From NCBI GenBank assembly GCA_050633305.1, contig JBOEGF010000032.1:96001-160000 (forward strand): DNA of 64,000 nucleotides, in the 5' to 3' direction. The notes under the pieces are model-generated. The model searched no databases. It saw only the letters and a list, made by a program, of their open reading frames with translations, and was not told where the DNA came from. Each line of letters begins with the position of its first letter. Position 1 is the stretch's first letter. Source of the stretch: Nannocystales bacterium. GTDB taxonomy: Bacteria; Myxococcota_A; Polyangia; Nannocystales; Nannocystaceae. Positions 29,011 to 38,326 of the stretch are shown here, in pieces. The position numbers and the translations under genes were made by a program.

Positions 29011-29976
29011 TCAGGGGTCGATATCGCAGCCGATCGGAGCCGTCGCGACGACGATGTCGTCGATCCCGTAGGCCGTGACCCCGGAATGCGACGGGGATCC
29101 GATGCCGCCGATCTCGATGTTGGCGACGCCCTCGACGGGCACAGTGTCGATCCCGGGACCATTCCCAAGCACCGGGACATCATCGACACGCACCTCCACC
29201 TCGCCCTGCCCCTGCGAGATCTGAACTCGAAGTTCTACACAAGACCATGCGCCCGGGGTCAGCAGGTCGTTGCCGATCACGTTCGCCTCGGGGCTCAGGA
29301 GATTGACGAACATCAAGCCGGCCTGCGGCCGGAGGTCGAGCGAGAACCGCTCTGTCCCCGCATCGGTCGACCCGAAGATTTCGAACAGAATCGCCCACGT
29401 CTCGACGGTGTCGGCGGCAGGCAACCAGACGAATGCACGGATCGCCAGCAGCCCCTCGTCCATCGGGGGATCCAAGTTGAGCTGGAGTTGCTCGCGCTCA
29501 TCGGGGCCGACCGTGACCCACCCCGCACCGAGTCCAGAGTTGAGCGGATCTTTCGACCGCATGATGGACCCACCGCTCCACGAGGCAGAGAACCCCTCCT
29601 CTTCGAAGCCCTCACAAACGAGGATCGAAGGATCATCGCATGCAAGGGGGGAGGCCTCGCACCCCAACGGCCCGCACACTTTTCCCGGCTCGCACAGCGC
29701 GTCGAGAAACGAAACGACACACTCGCCGTCACGACAGCGCGCCTGCTGGCAGTCATGGAAGGCGACACACGCGGGTTCGCACCCGGCCGGGCTCGTGGTG
29801 CTCGTCGAATCTCCGGAGGCTTCCGCGCTTCCGGTGCTTCCGGTGCTTCCGGTGCTCACGCCCGCCGAGCCCCCCCCGGAGCCGTCCTGGTCTACCGCGC
29901 CGATCGTCGCGGCCGGAGCGATGCAACCCGACAGCGACACGAGCATGAACGCCCGTACGAGCCCTCCCCTTGCCAT
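29011..29976 (-). CDS. Hypothetical lipoprotein with a Cys-rich segment and a jelly-roll (LamG-like) C-terminus
   Basis: Lipobox LSGC, STG repeats, LVCEGFE, WSCVEL and IDDIVVATAPIGC. Confidence 0.65.
   Translation of the reverse strand: MARGGLVRAFMLVSLSGCIAPAATIGAVDQDGSGGGSAGVSTGSTGSTGSAEASGDSTSTTSPAGCEPACVAFHDCQQARCRDGECVVSFLDALCEPGKVCGPLGCEASPLACDDPSILVCEGFEEEGFSASWSGGSIMRSKDPLNSGLGAGWVTVGPDEREQLQLNLDPPMDEGLLAIRAFVWLPAADTVETWAILFEIFGSTDAGTERFSLDLRPQAGLMFVNLLSPEANVIGNDLLTPGAWSCVELRVQISQGQGEVEVRVDDVPVLGNGPGIDTVPVEGVANIEIGGIGSPSHSGVTAYGIDDIVVATAPIGCDIDP
29827..29856. repeat. In-frame 9-bp tandem repeat (GCTTCCGGT x3) encoding an STG linker
   Basis: gcttccggt-gcttccggt-gcttccggt-gct. Confidence 0.85.
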
Positions 29977-30098
29977 TCGCTCAACCCTATCACCACGGCC
30001 GCCGACCGCTCGCGGCGACCGAGGCGCGCTTGAAACCCGGTGGACCCCCGAGCGTCGGGCAGGGGTCCGCATGGATCCGCGCTGTCGCTCAGTGTCGG

Positions 30099-31043
30099 TC
30101 AGTGTCGCTCGACGATCGCTCCGGCCCCCTGCGCGAGGAGGTCTTCGGCGATCGCGGTTCCCAGAGCCTCGGCCTCGGCGCGTGGACCTGTCCGCGAGGC
30201 CTCGTAGCAGGGCTCTCCGGTGGGGTCGACGACCATGCCACGGACGCTCACCGTGTCTGCGGAGAGCGTCGCGTAGCACGCCAGCGGGACCGTGCAGCTC
30301 GCCTCGAGCCGCACGAGGAACCCGCGTTCTGCAGCCGCTCTCACGGTCGTGTCGGGGTCGACGAGCGCAGTGAGCAATTCGCGGACGCGCGCGTCTTCGG
30401 ACCGGCACTGCAGCGCAAGGATCCCCTGCGCGGGCGCGGGCAAGAACGCCTCTTCGCTCAGCACCTCGCTGATGCGGTCGCCCATCCCGAGTCGTCGAAG
30501 ACCGGCCGCCGCGAGGATGACCACATCGACCTCCCCGTTGTCGACCAGCCCAACCCGGGTCGGGACGTTTCCACGGATTGGGACGACTTCAACGTTCGGG
30601 TTGATGCGGCGGACGATAGCGCCACGGCGCAACGACCCGGTGCCCACGCGAGCCCCGGCAGGCAGGTCCGCCAACGAAACGGATTCGCCCACACGACCGA
30701 CGAGCGCATCGCGGGGGTCCTCCCGCTTGGGGGTGCAGGCGATCTCGAGGCCAGCGGGTCCCAGCGCGGGCATGTCTTTCATGCTGTGCACCGCCAGGTC
30801 GACGCTGCCGTCGAGGAGCTTGGCCTCGATGCTCTTCACGAACAAACCCTTCCCGCCGATCTCGTGAAGCGGACGGTCTTGAACCTGGTCCCCCTTGGTG
30901 CTGATGACATTCAGATCGATCTGAAGTCCTTCGCCCCAGTGCGCGCGCAGCTGGTCGCGAACGTGGTTGCTCTGCCACAGGGCGAGTGCGGATCCACGGG
31001 TGCCAATTTGAACGGGTGAAGCGAGAAGTTCGTCGCGGTTCAT
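30099..31043 (-). CDS. hemC: Hydroxymethylbilane synthase
   Basis: IGTRGSALALWQ, GGKGLFVK, AVHSMKDMP, GTGSLRR, IRGNVPTR and LEASCTVP. Confidence 0.96.
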   Translation of the reverse strand: MNRDELLASPVQIGTRGSALALWQSNHVRDQLRAHWGEGLQIDLNVISTKGDQVQDRPLHEIGGKGLFVKSIEAKLLDGSVDLAVHSMKDMPALGPAGLEIACTPKREDPRDALVGRVGESVSLADLPAGARVGTGSLRRGAIVRRINPNVEVVPIRGNVPTRVGLVDNGEVDVVILAAAGLRRLGMGDRISEVLSEEAFLPAPAQGILALQCRSEDARVRELLTALVDPDTTVRAAAERGFLVRLEASCTVPLACYATLSADTVSVRGMVVDPTGEPCYEASRTGPRAEAEALGTAIAEDLLAQGAGAIVERH

Positions 31044-32398
31044 GACGGTTCGGGTCGGGGCTTGGCGGCCGGAGCATCGCCTTCAGCCTTCGAAGATTGG
31101 CCGCGGGCCCGCGGATCGGGCTCGTCGAGCGCAAACAGCACAGAGAGCGACTCGGCCAGCTGAGCGCCGTCCAGCCCCTTCACGGGGCCGTTCGCACCTT
31201 GCCGGACCGCCGACATCGGCGAGTGCAGCAACTTCTGAGCGACGGACTGGGCCAGCTTTTGGAGGACCTTCCGCTGTGCGGGATCGAGATCGGGAAGCTT
31301 GGTCAGCGCACGCGCGACCTCTGCATCCACAATGCCGCGGGCGCGTCCTTGCAGAGCGCCGATCAGCGGGCCGACCGCGCGAGAGCGCATCCACTGGACG
31401 AACCCATCGACCTCCTCGTCGACGAGCGCCTCGGCCCGGCGCGCCTCTCCCTGTCGGGACCGCAGGTTGTCGTGAACGATGCTCTGCAAGTCGTCGACGT
31501 TGTAAAGGAAGACGTGGTTTGCACGGGAGACGTCGGACGCGACATCACGGGGAACCGCAATGTCGACCAGGAACAGCGGACGTTGACGCCGCTTCTTCAT
31601 CACCGGCTTGAGCGTGGACTTGTCGATGATCGGGAGCTTGGATCCGGTGCTGCTGATCACGACGTCGGCCCGTACCAGCTCCGCCTCCAGTCGATCCCAG
31701 GGCTCGAATCGGCCCTCGACGGCGCGCGCGAGGGCCTCGCCCCGTTCGACCGAGCGGTTCACCACGACGATCTCCGGCACCCCGGCAGCACGTAGGTGGA
31801 CGGCCGCGGCCTGAGCCATCTCGCCTGCGCCGACCACCAGAACGGCCGAGTCGGTCAGGTCACCGAAGATGCTGGTCGCCAGGTCCACCGCAACCGAAGG
31901 CACGCTTGCGCCACCGCGGGCGATCTCGGTCTCGGTGCGGACCCGCTTGGCGCCCTTGAATGCGAGCGAAAGACAGCGGTCGAGCACCGGCCCCACGCGC
32001 CCATGGTCCTTGGCGTGTTGGTAGCCCGCCTTGACCTGGCCGAGGATCTGCGGCTCCCCGATGACGATCGACTCCAGACTCGAGGCAACACGGAAGATGT
32101 GGCGTGCCGCATCGAAGGACTCACGGACGAACGCGGCGGTCCGCAGCTCCCCGATCGGGACGTTCTTGCACCGCGCGAGAACATCCAAAGCCGCCGTGCC
32201 GCTGCTCTTCGCGTCGTCCGAGACCCCGTAGATCTCAACCCGGTTGCAGGTGGAGACGACCATCGCCTCGCGGAGGTTGGCGTCGTGCTCCAGTGCGTCG
32301 AGCAACGAGGCACGCTCTTCTTCGGACACGGCCAGCCGCTCCCGCAGCTCGACCGCGGCACCGTTGTGGTTGATCCCCAACGCGACGAGATCGGTCAC
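31040..32398 (-). CDS. hemA: Glutamyl-tRNA reductase
   Basis: STCNRVEIY, GEPQILGQVK, VVGAGEMA and DIAVPRD. Confidence 0.96.
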   Translation of the reverse strand: MTDLVALGINHNGAAVELRERLAVSEEERASLLDALEHDANLREAMVVSTCNRVEIYGVSDDAKSSGTAALDVLARCKNVPIGELRTAAFVRESFDAARHIFRVASSLESIVIGEPQILGQVKAGYQHAKDHGRVGPVLDRCLSLAFKGAKRVRTETEIARGGASVPSVAVDLATSIFGDLTDSAVLVVGAGEMAQAAAVHLRAAGVPEIVVVNRSVERGEALARAVEGRFEPWDRLEAELVRADVVISSTGSKLPIIDKSTLKPVMKKRRQRPLFLVDIAVPRDVASDVSRANHVFLYNVDDLQSIVHDNLRSRQGEARRAEALVDEEVDGFVQWMRSRAVGPLIGALQGRARGIVDAEVARALTKLPDLDPAQRKVLQKLAQSVAQKLLHSPMSAVRQGANGPVKGLDGAQLAESLSVLFALDEPDPRARGQSSKAEGDAPAAKPRPEPS

Positions 32399-33198
32399 GA
32401 TGCGTTCACTCCGTACCAGATGACGATGCCAAGGATTGCAGAGAACGCGATGAGCGTGAGCATCGCAGCTCGTCTGCCCCGGGTACCCCGAGCTGCTCGT
32501 GCGATGAGCAGACCGACCGACGCGACCCAGGCAACGCCCGCGGCCGCCAGTTCAAACGCGCGTCCCTCGAGCGAGTCGGGTCCTCCCAGCTCCAGGATCC
32601 ACAACACGCCGGTCACGATCGCGAGCGTGAAGATCGGGGTGACCACCAGCACCAGGCGATGATGCAGCCGATCGAGGCCGGTGAGGGACATGCCGCCGCG
32701 TCCGGGCCGGAACACTTTGTTGCGAAGCCGGCGTTCAGCGAGCAGGTACAGCGATGCAACGCCGGCGGCGAGGGCGAAGCCAGCAAGGCCCAGCGAGGCC
32801 AGCCCAACGTGCGCGGACGCCAACCCCTTCGCGCCAGGCACCGCGCCCTCGCCAAGTCCGCTGAACACCACCCCCAGGACCAGACCGATGAGCCCGAGCG
32901 GAGCAAGCACCGCACCAAGCGGGACCAATCGGCCGCGTCGTGACAGCGGCAAGTAGCAGCCGACGGCGATCATTGTGCCGAAGCTGGTCGCGAGAAAGAT
33001 GTTCTTGAACGGGTGGTCGCCCTCGACACACTGAGCCCCGATCGCCCCCACGTGCAGAGCGCCGGCGACCGCGAGGGCGAGACGACCCCAGCGGTGCGGG
33101 CCCGCATCACGGCTGCGGTCTTCGCTGCGTTCCGCCCCGTAGGCGAACGTCGCCGCGCCATAGGCGAGCGCGGAAAGGATGAACAGGACAAGCGTCAT
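32395..33198 (-). CDS. CcsA/HemX-like cytochrome c assembly family membrane protein
   Basis: About 8 TM helices, His in LHVG and AHVG, and SLTGLDRL. First gene of the hemA-hemC operon (GTGA overlap). Confidence 0.75.
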   Translation of the reverse strand: MTLVLFILSALAYGAATFAYGAERSEDRSRDAGPHRWGRLALAVAGALHVGAIGAQCVEGDHPFKNIFLATSFGTMIAVGCYLPLSRRGRLVPLGAVLAPLGLIGLVLGVVFSGLGEGAVPGAKGLASAHVGLASLGLAGFALAAGVASLYLLAERRLRNKVFRPGRGGMSLTGLDRLHHRLVLVVTPIFTLAIVTGVLWILELGGPDSLEGRAFELAAAGVAWVASVGLLIARAARGTRGRRAAMLTLIAFSAILGIVIWYGVNAS

Positions 33199-33314
33199 CG
33201 CGGACCCCTTGAGCGTATCTCACAACCCCGACTCGGAGCTGAACTCGTACGCCACAGACTCTAGATCGTCAGCACGCGCACCGCAGCGCAGGCGGCCAAG
33301 GCGCAACGGGGAGG

Positions 33315-33692
33315 TCACAACTCCAAGGGGAAGACCGTCGCGATCGCCCACCCTGCCTCGGGGTCGATCAACGTGTAGCTGAGGCCGAACGACGGGAGTT
33401 CTTGGCCGTCTTCGGTCGAGAACGTCCACTGGACATCCGCGCGCGTGATCCGAGGAGCGAGCCGGCGGGTCGCGAGGACATCGAAACTCGCCTCGCCGAC
33501 CTTCAATTCACGATGGCGGGCGAACTGTCGCTCGAAACGAGACCGAAGTTCGGCCTCGGACTGCAGCGCGATGACCTCGGGGCCGGAGGCCACCAAGCAC
33601 GGACGGTGGACGAGCTTGACCACCGCGTCCACATCGTACGCGGCGAAAGCCTTGGAGTAGCGCTCGAAGAACGCATGCAGGGTTGTCGCCAC
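33315..33692 (-). CDS. NTF2/SnoaL-like fold protein
   Basis: FFERYSKAFAAYDVDAV...ADVQW...YTL...W pattern. Confidence 0.6.
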   Translation of the reverse strand: MATTLHAFFERYSKAFAAYDVDAVVKLVHRPCLVASGPEVIALQSEAELRSRFERQFARHRELKVGEASFDVLATRRLAPRITRADVQWTFSTEDGQELPSFGLSYTLIDPEAGWAIATVFPLEL

Positions 33693-33779
33693 GAGTTCAC
33701 GGTACCAGGACAGCCACAAGCATCAACCCGGGATGAACCCCGGCCCGACGTGGGATCTGCTGAGGACCTGAAGTCGTAC

Positions 33780-34316
33780 TCAGTCGTAGGACCCGGCGAA
33801 CTGGTCGAAGGCCCGAGTCCACGCGTCGGCATCGACCTCGAGTTCGGCAGTGTGGTTGACGAAGAACTCGACCGTTTCCCGGGCACTCGCCGTCACCCCA
33901 AGCACAGAGCGATCCCGTAGGTGCATCATCAACTCCGAGAGCTGCTTGCGGTTGAGCGCACCGGTGAAGCCACGGTTGCGGACCCACATGACACCGGCCG
34001 AGGATTGTGCCTGCACCTTCGGCCACAGCTCGGCGACACGTCGCTGCACGTCGGGGTCAACCGAGGGGTTCTTGGCCCCCGGAATGATCACGTAGAGCAC
34101 CCGAGGCCCATACTCTCGCAGGAGCGAGGTCGTCGCGCGGAACAAGGCGTCGAGCGACGCGGCTTCCATCGGCTTGCGAGTCCGAAGCAGTGCGACCTGA
34201 CCAAGCACGCCGACCGCGAAGCCTTCGGACTCTTCCACCACATCGACCCAGGGCCCATCCCCTGCGAGCAACTCGTCTACCACCACGGACTGCGGAGCAT
34301 ACCGGCAAACGGTCAC
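33780..34316 (-). CDS. Hypothetical protein (possibly STAS/SEC14-like), start uncertain
   Basis: Balanced globular composition, fills the gap between genes, weak alpha/beta pattern. Confidence 0.55.
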   Translation of the reverse strand: MTVCRYAPQSVVVDELLAGDGPWVDVVEESEGFAVGVLGQVALLRTRKPMEAASLDALFRATTSLLREYGPRVLYVIIPGAKNPSVDPDVQRRVAELWPKVQAQSSAGVMWVRNRGFTGALNRKQLSELMMHLRDRSVLGVTASARETVEFFVNHTAELEVDADAWTRAFDQFAGSYD

Positions 34317-34659
34317 GGGGCTGAAAGTGGTGTCCCCAAATGGACACTCACCGGCCCGAGTGCCGGTTCGAGGACGGGTACAAGCGCGGTCGAAGAACGG
34401 CGTTTCTCATTTTCGTCCGTCGGGCCGACTTGGTCGTCGGGGGCCCGGGCCGGCGCTCGAGCTCGACGCTGCACGGGGCTCCGGATGTCCCCGAGCGGGC
34501 GCAAACCGAGAGTGTCTCCGCGTCGGACTCCGACGGCGCTGGTGTCTCCGCCGAACGAACGCTCGGGCGCGGGGCACATGCCCCTAAAGGACAGAACCAC
34601 GAAGAAGCGCCTCCCGGGCACAGGCCACAGGAGACGCGATCAGCGATGGGGTCCGCGAG

Positions 34660-35937
34660 CTAGAAGCGGAAGCTCGCGCCGACCCCCTGAGTGTCGCGTG
34701 TGAGGATCGGCGAGACCCGGACGTCCGACACCGCGCGAAGCGACTTCTCTTGTTGGATGAAGTTCTTCGCGTCCCGACGGTCCTGCCAGATGATGATCCC
34801 GAGCACGGCCCCGAGCACCACGGTCCCCCCGAGGAATGCATCTCCGAAGACGGCGCGACGGCGCATGGTACTGCCGGTCGAGCTGACCTCGGTCGCAAGC
34901 GCGACGTACCGGCCGTCGTTCTCTAACCGGGGGTCAAGCGAAGGGTCACCGCCGAGTCCGTCGGTGTAGTCGTCAACGCTCTTGACGGCATCCTTGTACG
35001 GACCACGAGCGGCAAGCGCGGCGCTGTAGAACGCGATCGTTCCGATGGCAGCACCGCCGGTCAGGGTGAGCGCGACCCAGGCACGAGGCTGCCAGTAGCC
35101 CCAGAACGCGCCACGCTGGCACTTGGGTCGGAGATCTTTGGGGTCGTCCCGGCTCTCCCGCTTCTTGCGCTTGCCCTCGCGGCAGAAGTCCTTGAAGTCG
35201 GCCTTGAGGTCGACCTCAGCGTCGGCGACGGCGGCGGCAGCACCCGCGGCCTCATCCTCGGCAGCAGCCTCGGCGTCCGCGAGTGCCTTCTCCTCAGCGG
35301 CGATCTCCTCCGGGGTCTTCTCCGGCTCGTCGAGCGTGGCGATGATGTTGAGTTCTTCCTCGGTCGCGGCCGCCGGAGGCTCGCGGTGTTCATCGAGGGT
35401 GCGTCCCATCGCGCCGCCCAGGACGATAGGCAGGATCAGGTCGCCGACGCCCAACATCGGGCGGAGCGTCTTGACGCGCTTGTTCTCCGCGACGGCGTAG
35501 ACGACGATCTCGGCCTGCTTCTGCGGGCCTGGGTCGACGTTGCCGAACACGATGAAGTCGGCCGCCGTCTTCGGGCTGTTGTTGAGCCACTTGCCGAGCG
35601 CTTCCAAGCAGCCGTCGCTGGTCGGATCGTCCTTACACTTGATGCGCTTGGCCGCATCCGCGACGTCGAGCGCAACGGTCGTGACGGTGTAGCCGGCTTC
35701 GGTCAGGGCGGTCTGCGTATCGACACGCAGCTCGGTCGACTTGGGGTCACCGGTGAACCGCATCAACGCGACGGTCTTTCCGTCGGTACTCGGCGCATCT
35801 TTGGCAGGCGCGACGACGAGGTTGAGGGCTTCGGCGGCCGAAGCCGGAGCAACGGGAAGCGCAGCCACGCCAACCGCCGCGGTGACGGCGATGCTGAGGA
35901 TGCGGGACGCGAACGGGGCTGAAGTCTTGGCGGACAT
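34660..35937 (-). CDS. Hypothetical exported/membrane protein
   Basis: Signal peptide (…APASA), two C-terminal hydrophobic segments, terminal SFRF and strong codon bias. Confidence 0.75.
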   Translation of the reverse strand: MSAKTSAPFASRILSIAVTAAVGVAALPVAPASAAEALNLVVAPAKDAPSTDGKTVALMRFTGDPKSTELRVDTQTALTEAGYTVTTVALDVADAAKRIKCKDDPTSDGCLEALGKWLNNSPKTAADFIVFGNVDPGPQKQAEIVVYAVAENKRVKTLRPMLGVGDLILPIVLGGAMGRTLDEHREPPAAATEEELNIIATLDEPEKTPEEIAAEEKALADAEAAAEDEAAGAAAAVADAEVDLKADFKDFCREGKRKKRESRDDPKDLRPKCQRGAFWGYWQPRAWVALTLTGGAAIGTIAFYSAALAARGPYKDAVKSVDDYTDGLGGDPSLDPRLENDGRYVALATEVSSTGSTMRRRAVFGDAFLGGTVVLGAVLGIIIWQDRRDAKNFIQQEKSLRAVSDVRVSPILTRDTQGVGASFRF

Positions 35938-35996
35938 CACGGAAACGGGGTTTCGAGAACAGGTGCGCGGTCCGCTCCGGTCTCTTGGGCCGCGGC

Positions 35997-36025
35997 ATGA
36001 TAGCGGCCCCCTCCACCCCACTCAA
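35997..36025 (-). promoter_or_regulatory. Sigma70-type promoter
   Basis: Minus strand TTGAGT-N17-TATCAT, 59 nt upstream of the ATG at 35937. Confidence 0.6.
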
Positions 36026-36320
36026 GCGCTGCGTTGGCAGGGCGTAGAACTGGCTCACGGTGGAGATCAATCGAGCGTGCACCGCACGGCGGCGACGTTG
36101 AAACGGCGCGGGAGGAGCACCACGAACGGCCCCCGCAACCGACTGTACAGATGGATGCGGTCCAATCACACCGCTTCGAGGGCCATCGCACCTGCCATCA
36201 ACGTCGGACTCCGGCTGGACTTACGGATCAACCGACACGAACCGGCACGCGGCGCGACCCGCAGCAACCACACGACATGTCGACGCGCGGGGCCTCACAC
36301 CGGAAGATCGCTCCAAGCGA

Positions 36321-38249
36321 TCACGGCTTGGGCCGTGGCAGCAGAAACAGAAAACCGGACAGCGAGACGAGTACGCCCAAACCAGAGACCACGAGGACAT
36401 ATCCGTTGCTCGGATGCGTCGCGTTCTGCACCGCGGCGACCCAAAGCCAGGCCGAGAGGATCGTCGAGCCGACGAGCAACACCCCGCGAAGCGGACTGCG
36501 GCTCCGCGCCCAGGCCAGCCCGCTATGCAACACGACGGTCAGCCCGATCGCGCCAGGCAACAACGTCGCGCCACCCAGCGTTTTTCGGCTCCAGATGAAC
36601 GAAGCTGCGGCCGCGACGATCGCGACGACCGCGACGGGGACACGAACCCGCTGCGGAGCGGACCGCAGCGGTGGCGAGTGCTGGGCGACCGAGACCCCGG
36701 CCCGCGCGACGATGGCGAGACTCCCGCCAGCGAGCACCGCCACAACCATCGAAGCGATGCCATGCTCGGCCTCGAACACGTCGAGCCCGCGAGCCATCGA
36801 CAGGACATCCGCGGCCCCCAGAATCCAGCGCTCGAGCGGTTGACCGGAGCCCGCACCGATCTGAGGAACGATCCATGCCGAGTGCGCGACCGTTGCAGCC
36901 ACAGCAGCGGTCGCGACCACAAGCACAGCGACCGTCCAGCTGGTCCCCGCGCCCGCCGCCCGAGCCCGGATCTCGGGCATGCCGGCGAGGAGAAGAAGGG
37001 CCGGCCACCATGCGCTCCACGGGCCCGCGCCACCGGTTTCCCAAATGCGTGCTCCGCCAACGCCCGGCGTCGTTTCGAACGCCAGCACGACCGCGGCGGT
37101 CAGCCCCGCGACCGCGACCGCCGCGGTGAAACGCGGCGCCCCGCGTTCGAGCAGGCTCCGGCCCTTGGGGACGAACAGGACCAGCAGGCCCAGCCCCAGC
37201 CAGACCAGCGCCCCGGTCCGTCGCTCAGCGCGGACCACCGACACATCAGACCGCGTCTGCGCGTTCGCCGGCGCGATGCCGACCCGCGGCTGCCCTCGCC
37301 CCTCCGTGTAGCCAGGCCAGCGTCCGGTCACCCCAAGCCCCGCGCTCGCCTCCGACGCGTACTTGTTCGGGCACATCCGACTGAGCAGCTTATCCGGCTC
37401 GGGGCCGCCGGGCTCATCCCGTTTTCCCGGACAGAGGAATTCGACCCGGGAGTGCTGCCCCCACCCCCCGGAGCGCACGATGATCCGGGGCTGAGTCTCC
37501 GCCCCGGGCGAGACGCCCAACGTCTCCTGCACCGCCGGGAGCGTGATCGCTTCGACGGTGGCGTTCGCATAGGCGGCTTGGGCCCGGGCAGGCCCCTTTG
37601 CGTAGTGCACCTCCGCGATGTCGTGCAGCGCTCGCTCGAGCGCATCGGCGAACGTCTCGGGGTTGTAGCCGCGACCGGCCTCCGGCTCGACGTAGTCGTT
37701 GATCGGGACGTCGAAGGGCCCGTAGCCATCGATGCGGATCGCCGTCATTTGGAAAGGGTGGATCCCGTGGATCGGGCCGCTGTGCGCCCAGCCCGACGCG
37801 TCGGAACCGGCGGCTTCGTGCCGCGCTCCGAGGACCCCCGCCGCGGGGACGAGCAGGGCCATGCCGATCGCGACGGGAAGCCGCGCGCGAGGTCCGACCC
37901 ACCCGGCGATCGCCGCTCCGGTCAGGATCACCGGAACGGCCCAAATCGAGCCGGGAAACGCGACCGTCACCCCCACCGCGACGCTGGCTGCGATGGCAGC
38001 GAGCGCGGCGGCCGAGAGCCATACCAACAAGGTCGCGGAGTGAGCACCCCGTCCCAGCGCCGGGACCGAGTGATACGCCCCGCCCGCATCCCGCCAGACC
38101 GACACCAAGCCGAGGATCGCGACCGCAGCCACGGGCAGGCCCCAGCCCTGCGATACGGGGAGGGCCGGGCCCATCAGCACCACCCCAACCGCCGCGAGCG
38201 CGACTGCGGCGGCCTTCGAGGTGCGAGCGGCATCGGTCGAGGCGATCAC
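36321..38249 (-). CDS. Hypothetical polytopic membrane protein with a central soluble domain
   Basis: Many TM segments flank a roughly 200-aa soluble region (WAHSGPIHGIHPFQ…). AAAGGGG precedes GTG 38249. Confidence 0.7.
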   Translation of the reverse strand: MIASTDAARTSKAAAVALAAVGVVLMGPALPVSQGWGLPVAAVAILGLVSVWRDAGGAYHSVPALGRGAHSATLLVWLSAAALAAIAASVAVGVTVAFPGSIWAVPVILTGAAIAGWVGPRARLPVAIGMALLVPAAGVLGARHEAAGSDASGWAHSGPIHGIHPFQMTAIRIDGYGPFDVPINDYVEPEAGRGYNPETFADALERALHDIAEVHYAKGPARAQAAYANATVEAITLPAVQETLGVSPGAETQPRIIVRSGGWGQHSRVEFLCPGKRDEPGGPEPDKLLSRMCPNKYASEASAGLGVTGRWPGYTEGRGQPRVGIAPANAQTRSDVSVVRAERRTGALVWLGLGLLVLFVPKGRSLLERGAPRFTAAVAVAGLTAAVVLAFETTPGVGGARIWETGGAGPWSAWWPALLLLAGMPEIRARAAGAGTSWTVAVLVVATAAVAATVAHSAWIVPQIGAGSGQPLERWILGAADVLSMARGLDVFEAEHGIASMVVAVLAGGSLAIVARAGVSVAQHSPPLRSAPQRVRVPVAVVAIVAAAASFIWSRKTLGGATLLPGAIGLTVVLHSGLAWARSRSPLRGVLLVGSTILSAWLWVAAVQNATHPSNGYVLVVSGLGVLVSLSGFLFLLPRPKP

Positions 38250-38326
38250 AGACGCCCCTTTTACCAGCTCGCGTAGGTGATGCACCGCCAATGACGCCCT
38301 GCGCCCGCGCCTGCTACTGTCCCGCC

